A DNA stretch of 64,000 nt from Octopus vulgaris (lineage: Eukaryota): assembly GCA_951406725.2 (NCBI GenBank), contig OX597818.1, positions 97,402,001 to 97,466,000 on the forward strand. Direction: 5' to 3'. Numbering within the stretch: position 1 is the first letter of the stretch; each line of letters begins with the position of its first letter. Made by a program: the position numbers and the translations under genes. Below the pieces are notes generated by a model. The model ran no database searches, was not told where the DNA came from, and saw only the letters and a program-made list of their open reading frames with translations. This document shows, one piece after another, positions 49,106 through 60,494 of this stretch.

Positions 49106-50085
49106 CTTTTTTAGGGAGTCTTACAAGCACCGTAGCAACTCCATTAACTATTTCACAGAGAATATGATCAGCAATCTCCTCTTCGTCTTCAGATACTAGT
49201 CTATGTAAAAGATCCACGTTTTTCTCCAAAGCAAACTTTAGCTCGACTTCTCCATCGTACACATCAATTTTACCTCTCAAATGAGTTATGGGTGTAATGC
49301 CATAATTGAACAAATGCATTCCAGGACCCCACTCAGCTTTGGGGTTCGGCGGCAGTGGAGAACAATCCGACAGAGGAGAGTTGCAATAGAGCACGTATGA
49401 ACACAGCCATTCCAATTTGCTCCTAGAATCTCGTCCAAAGATTTCAGCTTTGAACTTTCCAATAATAGGAAATCTTACTTCGATACACAATTTTTTATTT
49501 TCAATGTCTCTTTCGAGTAACATGTATTTTGCAAGTTCTTTTTTGTCGTCGGGGTTGCCAATTTTGTTTGATCTGTAGAGTTCAAAAGAGAATGACAAGT
49601 CAGTACGTGTAACACCAAGTTCAATGTTAACAAGACCATCTACTGATTGAAGACTGCACCAAACGTGGCTTTTGACAGTGAGACCGAACTCAAAGAAATG
49701 AGGCTTTAGATAAAGAGCTTTCTGAAATTCATTTTTCGTTAAAGGTCGAGCTAGTAGTTGCCAAATTTCTTCGTCGGGAAAGTGACTATATATAAATTTT
49801 TCTGGATCAGTCAAGAAATAAAACTCATCAAACTCATAAATATTCTGAACGATGGAGTCGTCTATATCGCTGCTGTTTGCTTGCTGACATTCAACCAATT
49901 GCCATTCTTCAGCTTCGACTCCAGATATCTTGCGCGATGCCCAATGAACATCTATCAGGTACCATGTGTCTTTTATAAGGACTGCATTCCAGATGTTTCT
50001 CGTGCTTGGGGTAAGAGGGTCACCAACATTAAATCCAACTCCTTTTGAATGGCCTTGTATTGAAACTGAGGATATATCAGCAAGC
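49106..50085 (-). CDS. KY/hillarin-like gene, transglutaminase-like core exon
   Basis: TTTCAG|G completes CG|G (Arg). LADISSVSIQGHSKG...WNAVLIKDTWYLIDVHWAS...EFYFLTDPEKFIYSHFPDEEIWQLLARP are hallmark KY/hillarin/LTD-1 motifs. Donor G|GTAAAT, phase 1. Confidence 0.95.
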
Positions 50086-51234
50086 CTGAAATTAAATGCT
50101 AAAAGTGAGATTGAATCAACCACACATACACATTCACACTGAAAAGTACGTATAAAAATAATATACAAAAATATAAATGTAGAAATACTTAAATTGATAA
50201 TAATTTCCTCAGATACGATCGTTGCGTATGAAATGATGTCACATACAAAAGAAAAAAAGCAAGAAAGGAAAAAAACCCAGTTCTATTCCGTATCTGCAAT
50301 ATCACTTCTTTCATCTACATTTAAATTACTATATTTTTTTTATCTGTTAGATTTGAAGGAAGGGACAGTGCCTCCGACCGTCGCAGGCGCCCTGAGATTG
50401 TTACTCGGTGAGATAGTTTTTGTTAACGTTCCGTTTAAACCGTTTCAAGTCGACACTTGTAGGTAAAGAATTTCAGTGTTGACATTCTGGGAAGAAAAGA
50501 CTGGGACGTGTAGTGAATGATATTAAGAGGAGAAATAAGTTAGTTTGGAGTGTCTGAGTAAGGGTGGCACGAAAGCAACCAGATCCGAGGAGTAAAAGCC
50601 ATTGTTGCAGCGGTAATAAAGGCAAAGAAAGATAATAACCACATCAGTGAGTGACTTTAGGATACTCTGCCGTGTTAGATGACTAGATGCCTATTCTTGA
50701 CAGTCAGGAAAACAATGTAGAACACGAACTATCATAAGAAACATATTCCTATAAGAAATGCACTAAAATACCAATAACAGATGTTAACTTAAGCTACATT
50801 TCATCTAAACCTAACCTTATTTACTCAACAATCTGGTGTGTATCTGTTGTAGAGGTACTGACCAGTTTCCAGGAAAACAAGTCTGTGGGTAGGCTTCGAC
50901 TCACAACTGGATAAATTCGATTTTACTTGTATTCATTAATGCTGTTAGGCCAGGTATGACCGTTTTGTCATTTATGTATAGTCAAAATCTTTGAGAGAAT
51001 TAAGAGTAATTAAGTAGATAGATTATACGACAGTCAGTTAGAGCTGACGGTTCTATAGTTTCATGCTATATCGCTTGGGATGTTCTATACCCACGGTCAA
51101 GGCTCTTAACACACTCCTGCTTAATGTGCTTAGATCCTGTCCTGAATTGGACAGGATCGAAGAGGCCGATAAAAAGAAAAAAAGCAGATAAATATTAAGC
51201 ACAATATAACATATCATTACCGATGTCATATAAC

Positions 51235-51619
51235 GTCGTGGCATTCCGTCGGTTACGACGACGAGGGTTCCAGTTGATCCGATCAACGGAACAGCCTGCT
51301 CGTGAAATTAACGTGCAAGTGGCTGAGCACTCCACAGACATGTGTACCCTTAACGTAATTCTCGGGGAGATTCAGCGTGACACTAAGTGTGATAAGGCTG
51401 GTCCTTTGAAATACAGGTACAACAGAAACAGGAAGAAAGAGTGAGAGAAAGTCGTGGTGAAAGGATACAGCAGGGTTTGCTCCCCCCCCCTGCCGGAGCC
51501 TCGTGGTGTTTCATGTGTTTACATTCAATAAACACTCACAATGCCCGGTCTGGGAATCGAAACTGCGATCCTACGACCGCGAGTTCGCTGTCCTAACCAT
51601 TGGGTCATTGCGCCTCCAC
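51235..51619 (-). mobile_element. SINE family D variant
   Basis: Head ...CCTAACCATTGGGTCATTGCGCCTCCAC. Shares GCCRGAGCCTCGTGG with the 8527 copy. Confidence 0.8.
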
Positions 51620-51832
51620 GTCATATAACATATATGCTTTGTTTTCGTACTTATTAGTTGCTGGATTGCATCAGGAAGAAAGCCTTTTGAAAACGCCAAA
51701 TGTTAACACTGAATACATCAAACTAGGCGAGACAACTTGCCCCGTAGGTGAACGAGAGCGATGGCTATCGATACCCTGTGTTTTTCAACATCGTATACCC
51801 GAGTCACCTCGAAACGAATTTGAACCGCTTGG

Positions 51833-51885
<53 letters not shown>

Positions 51886-52378
51886 AATTATAAGCAGCTT
51901 TAATAATGTGAACATTATTGATGTTACGTACTGTATGTCTTAAAGGCACTTTCCTCCTGATACAATCCTGCAGCTAATAAACGCATAAACAAAACGCATA
52001 CATTAAATATGTGACGTCACGATTATGCTTTTGGAGCTGCTTCAAAACATAACTTAGAAAGAAATGATTTTTTTTTCTCAGCTATGGTTTTGTTCACATT
52101 CTTTGCTTAATTCAAACGAATCTTTGGATTAAGCAACTTCGAGGTCACTGCTAACCTTTTCATTATAATAATTGATATGTATTCTGCTAAGAAGTATTGA
52201 GTGAGCTCTTAGTTTAAATGTGAAGTTTTTATATGTAAGTTGATATAAAAACACCCACCCACCCAACTACAATCACGCGCGCACACACACCGTATAAGGT
52301 GTACTGTTTTGTATACGATTTTAACTGAAAAATTGTGGTGTAACCTATACCCAACTAATTACGAAGTGTGTGTGTATA

Positions 52379-52835
52379 CGAAGGTTGCTGAAAAATTCAT
52401 AGGCTGACGATAAGAGAGTCATGCTAGAGCTGGGAAATCTTTGACGAGTCAATTTCAAATCTTGATAACAGCATTGCTTTTTTCCAGGTAAACTGAGATC
52501 TGATTGTTCAAAGAAAACTTCAAATGTAACTAGTAGCGATTTCTCTTGAAATTGGACAAAATTTGGCATTGTGGTGTTATCAAGTACCTACAGAAAAAGG
52601 CTTTGGCCCCAAGGAAATTCATGTTGATATGGTTGTTACATTATAGGATGATGCTCCAGGTTTATCAATAGGCGTAGGAGTGGCTGTGTGATAAGTATCT
52701 TGCTTATCAGCCACATGGTTCCGGGTTCAGTCCCACTGCGTGGCACCTTGGGCAAGTGTCTTCTACTATAGCCTCGGGCCGACCAAATCCTTGTGAGTGG
52801 ATTTGGTAGACGGAAACTGAAAGACGCCCGTCGTA

Positions 52836-52884
<49 letters not shown>

Positions 52885-54035
52885 GTGTGTGTATATGTTT
52901 GTGTGTCTGTGTTTGTCCCACCAATATCGCTTGACAACCGATGCTGGTGTGTTTATGCCCCTGTAACTTAGCGGTTCGGCAAAAAGACACCGATAGAATA
53001 AGTACTAGGCTTACAAAAGAATAAGTCATGGGGGCGATTTCCTCGACTAAATGCGGTACTCCAGCATGGCCACAGTCAAATGACTGAAACGAGTAAAAGG
53101 GTAATAGTGCAGAAATGGACAGCTGAATTTTGGAAGCGAAGGAAAAGGCTTGAAGATGATCCAATGTCTGGACGTCCTGCAACTGCTATCACCGAGGAAA
53201 GCATTGATCGTGTTCATCACCTCGATGATAGGCGATTGACAATAAATCAAATGGCCAATGCTATTAACATATCCTGTAAGAGAATATTCTCCACGATGAA
53301 CTTAGCACGACAAGCATTTCTACTGGTGTGTGCCAAGTCTTCTGACACCTGATCAAAAGCGCAACCATGCTGATCACATGACGGGGAAATCTGATCTTGT
53401 TCGAGGCAAATCCACGAGGTTTCCTTGAAGGTTTTCCAATCCTGGATGAGTGTTGGGTTCATCACTTTGATGAACCAAGGTTGTTTCAAACTTAAGCCAT
53501 CAGCTTCCATATGAAGATGATGACGTAAGTTTTTGGGGATGCAAAAGGTATTGTGTTTATTGACTATCTTCAAAAGGGCTACACTATCAACGGAGAGAGT
53601 ACTATGCCAACTTGATGAAGCAGTTACGAAAGGCTCTCAGTAGCAAACGCCCATGAAATCTGACGAAAGGGGTCTTGTTTTATCAGGACAAAGCTCCAGT
53701 ACACAAGTCCTTGGTTTCAATGGGTGCTGTGTGTGACTGTGGTTTTGAAATGGTTGATCGCCCTTCCTATTCTCCTGATTTGGCCGTATCTGACTATCAT
53801 CTCTTCCCAACATGAACAAATATTTGGCTGGGAACCAGTATTGCAGTGATGATGACGTCATATCTTCTTTTTGATCAAAGGATGAAATATTTAGCAATGA
53901 GAACCAAGCACTGCAACACCAATCGAAGTAGTGTATAAATCACAAGGGGAACTGTGTTGAAAAATAGACCTCATTTGACCACATTACATGAGAGTGTCTT
54001 GGTCAATCTATGAGCTTTTTAGCCGGTGCTTGCGT
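52379..54035 (+). mobile_element. Old, degenerate full-length mariner (irritans-like) with nested SINE A
   Basis: Degenerate TIRs GCTGAAAAATTCATAGGCTGAC / GTCAATCTATGAGCTTTTTAGC. Transposase remnants DKIWHCGVIKYLQKK, VQKWTAEF...LEDDPMSGRP and PSYSPDLAVSDYHLFP. Confidence 0.88.
52671..53103 (+). mobile_element. SINE family A inserted in the mariner transposase
   Basis: Interrupts DDAPGLS|IVQKW, with a short AATAG duplication. Confidence 0.92.
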
Positions 54036-54044
54036 GCGGATATA

Positions 54045-55337
54045 CGAGGGGCGTTCAATAAGTAATGCCCCTGACCCACTTCCCATAGCAGTAGAGCAAC
54101 GAAACTTGGCACAGGTATTAGTCTTTTTCAGCATAGGAACAACCCAGAGTTACGCATTTCTCCCATCGTTTGATACAGCTTTGGAGACCGTTTTCATAGA
54201 AGATCCCCAGCTTGGTCCTCCAACAACGACGTGACTTCAGAAAGCAAGGCTGCATCATCTGGGAAACGCTTTCCTTTCAAAAACAACTTCATGGCTGGGA
54301 AGAGGTGAAAATCAGAGGGTGCAAGGTCAGGAGAGTAGGGGGATGGGGGAAGTGTTCATAGCCGCACGCCTGTGCTTCTGATCTGGCGACACGCGAGTTG
54401 TGGACCGGGGCGTTGTCCTGCAGGAGGAGGATGCCTTTGCTGATCTTGCCCCGCCTCTTGGTTTTGATAGCTTCTCTTAATTTCCTCAAAAGTGAAGCAT
54501 GATAGGCTCCTGTAATTGTGGTACCCTTTGCCAGGAAATCTGTCATCACTACTCCGTCCTGGTCCCAGAAGACTGTGAGCATGACCTTGCCAGCGGAGGG
54601 CTGCACCCTTGCCTTCTTTGGAGGAGGTGAGTCATGGTGCTTCCACTGCATTGACTGGGCTTTGGTCTCTGGATCATGGTGAAGGACCCGGGTCTCATCC
54701 TGTGTAATCAGTCTTTTGAAAAATTTTGACTCATCTTCTTGGCACATCCCTAAATTCATCCTCGAGCACTCGACGCGTTCTTGCTTCAGGAAAAGTGTGA
54801 GCAACCTGGGAATCCCTCTGGCAGACACCTTTTGCATATGCAAATGGTCATGACTGATAGTTTCCACAGACCCGGTACTAATCTTGACCTCATGGGCTAT
54901 TTGGCGAATAGTTATGCGTCCATCTTCCAAAATGGCAGCCTCAACTTGACGGACAGATGCCTCATCAATGGCAGAAGGGGTGCGACTAGATCTGGGAGCT
55001 GTTTCCACAGTGTTCCGACCGTGTTTGAATTCACGATGCCAGCGTTTTACAAGGTCATATGATGGGGCATCATCACCATAAGTTATTTTCATTTCATCAA
55101 AAGTCTCCTGTGGTGTGCGTCATTTCAAATACAAAAACCGGATCACTTCTCGACACTCAACAGGCTCCATTTCCCACTTGACTCATTTCAAACACATGTA
55201 AATCAGAAACCACTATTAGTTCGGAGCTGTAATTTGCCACTTAATCTATAGAGATATAAATAATTATACTTGCAAAATCTCAGCTAGATCAAACAATTAC
55301 AAGTGGGTCAGAGGCATTACTTATTGAACGCCCCTCG
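54045..55337 (-). mobile_element. Near-intact 1.29-kb mariner (DD34D) with TA TSD
   Basis: 37-bp TIRs CGAGGGGCGTTCAATAAGTAATGCCYCTGACCCACTT with 1 mismatch, flanked by TA. Confidence 0.96.
54115..55170 (-). pseudogene. Mariner transposase pseudogene
   Basis: ATG at 55170, TGA at codon 17 (55122-55120), TQDET and QDNA motifs, and a -1 frameshift near 54340 just before YSPDLAPSDF. There are 34 residues between the second and third Asp. Confidence 0.92.
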
Positions 55338-57135
55338 TATATATATATATATAGGCTGAAGGTGGGTTCTAATCTTTATGTTTGATAATCTTAATGGTAT
55401 ATTCAATAGAATTCTTCTGTTTAAATTAAATTTAATTTATCCTAAATTAAAGAAAAAAAATCGCTAATATAAAATTAAAAAAATAGCAGCTTGCTTTTCT
55501 GGTAGTAACTGTAATTTGCTATTTATAACCTTATCTGGCAATCCCGGCTCTTTATATCAGGTTAAAAGTACGAATTTTATTTATCATTTAAGATGTGGTG
55601 GAGAGCTAAAATAGAAATTCTAATCAAGGTCATCAGAATTCAAACAAATCGAATACCTATCAAAATGATGTATTTTGTCTTTTACAAATCATTGGCAAAA
55701 TAGTGACATGAATTATATCAATTTTCCACCCCCGCTTTAAAAGAAAGATTTATGTGTATTTTTACTTAATAGTTGACAAATAGCAGTTATTTATCGAATA
55801 AAAAAAAATGCTCAAAGATGTCAATTGTAATTTCTGCTGATTCGTGAGTTTACAAACCACGGCTATAACGAATGTAGCATTCGTTGCAAGTTCTCCGTCC
55901 AGATATGAGAATATTTAGTAACTGCAGATTAAAACCTTTAACCTCTGGAGTGTCTGTTGTGCAGAGTCTCTATAGCTTTTGTTAATGTCCATGCCTGAAA
56001 CTGCTGTATAGTGTTTGTATTTTCTTTATCTTAACATATTTCCCACACATCTGTGTTTGAAGTTACTTATTGAGCGTCTATTTGCGGTAACTGTCCTATT
56101 TATATCTTGATGTTTTAGCCGCCCCATCATACCTATCAAAACCAATTTTGATTCGTCAGCTAAAGGGCTTCTCATCCAAATTCGCTATACAGTAGCGTTG
56201 AATTCATTTCCTATTGAACTGGTGCAGATCTCCTTCGATCCCTTGTATGCAATCTGTTTATTTTATTCAAGAGATATCTACCTCTTATCTAATCAGCTAA
56301 AAGTCTTTCACCGATGTGTATAATATACACAGACACGCAAGTTTCATTAATATTTTAAACTTATATACAATCAAAAGTGATGTAATTTGTCAGCCCACAT
56401 AAAATAAATTTTTTTTCTAACACTTATACTAGAAGCCAAATGAATATTTTCTACATTTTGCATTATAAAAGGAAATAAGCCGAACATTAGTCATGAAACT
56501 AAAATCATCGTCACGTGTGTGAGTGTGTCTGTGAGAGAGAATAAGAGCGCTCAATAAAGCAATATGAGAGAGAGGTGGGGAAGAAAATACTCTTTATCAG
56601 AGAAGTAGAAGCTAACTACGAGTCCGAGACAGATTTTGTTTCGTATTATACATTACTAAGGCCTCTGGCGTCCTCGGCCAAAGAAATGTCATTCTTCTTC
56701 ATTAGGTGTCGCACCTAAGAAAAGAGCCGGATCTTTTCATTTTGACCGGCAGATTTTTAAAATATCCAAAGAGCCTCGTTACGTAGAATACCTAAAGCTG
56801 GCGTAGGTGAAACAAATATTTCAATAGAAAATATAGAATTTCTATGTTCTAGTACATATTTCTTTTTGTGTACCTTAAAAACCATTTTGCTTAGCAAACA
56901 GCCAATAGCAATAAAGAATTTCAAGGATTTTCCTCTTTCCAAAAAAAAAAAAAAAAAGACAAACATACCAGGAATATTCGATTCTATGTCAAGAAAGAAC
57001 AAAAGAGAAGGTTCACTAATTAAACTTATCCATTATTTGGCTTCTTTTTCGCTTTAGATATGGAAAGTGTCAAACTTTTGCCAGCTGATTTTTCTACACA
57101 TAACGTAATTCTCTGCAATTTACGAATGCGAAAAG

Positions 57136-57426
57136 TTGAGACCCCTTCGGTCGTGGCTGACCGTGGGATTGCACCGAGAAAGTTACCTTACCAGGCACAA
57201 GTCCGGGCAAGGTTGTTTATGGAAGACCAGCAGTCGCCCATGCATACCGGCCTCCCCTCTCCACGCCACCAGTGTTATCCAAGGGTTAGGCACCTGTGAC
57301 GTCGCAACTCATTTCTACAGCTGAGTGAGCTGGAACAGAACACAACACGCAGCCCGGTCCGGGATTCGAACTCACAACCTCACGATCGTAAGCTCGACGC
57401 TCTAACCACTGAACCATGCGCCTTCA
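57136..57426 (-). mobile_element. SINE family D-related
   Basis: CAGCTGAGTGAGCTGG...GAACACAAC...CCCGGTCCGGGATTCGAAC...CTAACCACTGAACCATGCGCCTTCA. Confidence 0.75.
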
Positions 57427-58145
57427 TGTGAAAAGTAAAAACATGCTAATCAAAGATATGTATGTGTGTGTACGTGTGTGTCCTTGTGCATGCGTGTCTG
57501 TGTGCACCCGTATCCCATGCGGGCCCGTTCGCTAATCTCTAGCACATGAAAAACAAACAACGTCTAACCTAAACACGAAATGTAGTACTTCATACTTTTA
57601 ATGACTTATGAGTGAATTCGGTCGACAGAAATTGTGTGGAAGCACCGGGGGAGATATAATCGACTTCCCCTCATTTCAAATTTCTGGCCGTATACCAAAA
57701 TTAGAAATTAAAGAAAAATAATACGACGAATGTTCAAATCTGAAATGATCTCTGACATTATCAGATCTTGACAACGACTAACCTGCAACTAAACAGTAAT
57801 ACGAAAAATCTAATACCGAATCAGATAAAAAAAAAAAATTAACGGTGTATCTTGATGTGGATACAGCTATGAATTAAAACATGAGGTTAACTCTTTGGGT
57901 AGAGAAATAAACTGGCCGAATCACGTAATCCATGGTGTCAAATCGCGTATCTCTGTAAAATCGATCCTAATTCAGACAAATGTCCAACAATTTTGAGAAG
58001 AGAATGATAGGTAATTAAATCGAATTCCAGTATTTTACTATTACTTTATTTCATCGAGTCCCGATTCAAAACTTAAAGAGCTGGAACAAATGCCGCAAAA
58101 GACATCCTTCCGATAATCTATCGATTTGGCCAACCCAATACCTTA

Positions 58146-58735
58146 ATGATTGTGGAAATAGCAGCAGTGGAGGCGGTCGAGGACTGCCTCAGAGAAGTTA
58201 AGACTGTAACGACATGCTGCACCAGAGTGGGGAAGTACGGCGCGATAGAGGTGCGCTTCGTGAATGAAGAAGCGAGAAAGTGCTCCACTGTGCCGTTGAG
58301 GTCGGCTGAGTGGGCGCTGCTACCGACTTACTGTGGCGGGCGTGCTGCCGGAGTGGGAATGGGTGGGGTGCCCCCCGGAGATTGATGAGGCGTGGATGGT
58401 GGCAGCCGTCTTCTGCAGTGCGGAGGAGGATACAGAAATGTTGAAGGTATCGAGAGCTGCGGAGATGCCGCTGGTGGAGATGTGGACTGGAGGTGTCGGT
58501 CCATGTGGGCTTGCCGGAGCTCCGCAGGATTGCGGAGGAGCTGGTGCTGTCGGACAAAGTAAGGTTGGGAGTTGTGGTGGTCGGAGGACCGCCTGTGTTT
58601 TCTATGTGCTGTGGGGAGCATGAGGGCTGGGTGTCCCCAGAAGTACGAAGTGTGTTTTAATGTACCCCATTGTATTGCTTTGTCTGTTTTTGTATTGTCC
58701 CTTCTCTATTAAGGCCTTGTACTTAATTAAAGAAA
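58146..58735 (+). mobile_element. GC/G-rich retroelement ORF1/gag-like fragment, frameshifted
   Basis: Protein-like reading (EAVEDCLREV...GKYGAIEVRF..EEA...LLPTYCG...VPPEIDEAW) with frameshifts, in an island of about 44% G within an AT-rich window. ORF1 identity is an inference. Confidence 0.5.
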
Positions 58736-59047
58736 TAAGGACGTTGGTATTGCCTTGGCGGAGGTTTTCGCTCTCTGAGTGCTCTTATTATTATTATTAT
58801 TATTATTATAGGCGACTAACTGACAGAATCGTTACAGTGTCCGGAAAAAAGTGCTTTGCAGTATTTGTTCCGGCTTTTTACATTCCGAGATCAAATTCTA
58901 CCAAGGTTAACTTTGTTTTTCATCCTTGAAGGGACGATAAAACAAAATTTCAGTCTACTTAGTATGGGTGGGGCTGATAGTATCGACAAATATCCTCCCC
59001 TCAAAACTCTTAAATCAGAATCCACCTTCTGTAAAATAAAATTTACC

Positions 59048-59086
<39 letters not shown>

Positions 59087-59101
59087 GTGGGGGCTACTCA
59101 C

Positions 59102-59334
59102 CGACACATGTCGTTGAAGAATATATCGTAGCGACCTTTACTTTCTTTCAGCTCATTTAAGTAACGGGCCGGACTATTAGTCGGTGTATTGCCTTGAATC
59201 TGATACGACTCCAAATCTTGTTCGGTAATCCAACGGAAAATAACTCGAACTTTGGCAACTTCATCATTAGCAAATGGCGAAATTAAATATTGGACAAGTT
59301 CTTCAAGTTCAGTTGTCAACAAGTTCTTTGGTGC
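59102..59334 (-). CDS. KY/hillarin-like gene exon
   Basis: APKNLLTTELEELVQYL...KVRVIFRWIT...YDIFFNDMC(R). Acceptor TCTTTGCAAG phase 0, donor CG|GTGAGT phase 2. Confidence 0.92.
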
Positions 59335-60236
59335 CTTGCAAAGAAGATAAAAGAAAGGAGTCATAGAAAATGATTCATGGATTTCTGAAAGGAAGAACTT
59401 TTTACCCTCTTGTTTTAATCATAGGACTGCAGCCAAACTGGGGCACCACCTTGAAGGGTGAAATGAACCCTAATACATTTATTCTATCATTTCCTTTTAC
59501 CGAACTGCTGAGTTATAGTGACATAAACAAAGCCAATGCCGATTTTCAAGCGGTGCTAGAGAGTAAAACAAAATTTCGGTCTCGAATTCCTTTTAAGTGA
59601 CCGACAGTGCAAGATGGCCTTCCACCTTTGAATAATACCTCCAGTCCGTCACACGGTTAACCTCTCAGCTTTGTTGCTACTCATATTCAGCTTCGCAGCT
59701 GGAAATAATGCGAAACAAAGTACCTTATTCAAGTTCATAATGTGCCACCTGTACTGATAATTGAGCCCACGACATAGCGAATGTGAGTTCAGCAACTAAA
59801 CCTTTACATCACACACGCACAGAGAGAGTGGGTGAGAGAGATATTGGTCCTAGTACTTTATCGACCAAGTTCGCTTCGACTGGATTAACGTCAGAACTCA
59901 AAGAGCCTTGATATTTAAATATTCATAGTAAGGCATTTTGTCCGACGTTCGTACGATTCTGACAATCTATTTATCTTCGATTACCGGCACTCCGCTCTTC
60001 TTTTATCGGAAAATGTCATAAAAAGATGTAGTTACCAGGAATTGAACTTGCATATTATTAATAAATCAACCAATTTAGGTTTCTTCGCCTCTTTTTTACT
60101 ACTACTACTGCTACTACAAGCATCCAACCAGAAAATCCATAGCGAGAGAGGGAGAGGTATAAGTTGTGAGGAGTAGAAAAGAAAGCGATTAAGGAGAAAA
60201 TAAGAAAAGGTAAAATCAAAAACATTGAAGTTTTAC

Positions 60237-60494
60237 ATTTTTGGCGTGGGAATCCGTCTTTCCGAAATCATTTTTCTTGTAGATTTCTTCTTTTGGTCGA
60301 TATCTTGGATAAGGCAGTGCTTTGCCCTTCCGGTCACGAGGTAAAACAGAGCGAAGATCATTGGCTGTTATTTGGGCTTTTGTCAAAAGTTGTGGCGTTG
60401 GTGGTTGCCGATCGAATTTATAAGGTTTCAAGGCATTTTTAAGTGCTGCATAGTAATCTTTTACAGATATTGCTGCTTCTTTGGCATCCATCAT
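60237..60494 (-). CDS. KY/hillarin-like gene, first confident coding exon (exon starts 60511)
   Basis: TTTCAG acceptor at 60512-60513. MMDAKE...PYPRYRPKEEIY...FGKTDSHAKN|GTAAAA, phase 0. The eight exons sum to 3552 nt (1183 aa plus stop). Confidence 0.85.
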
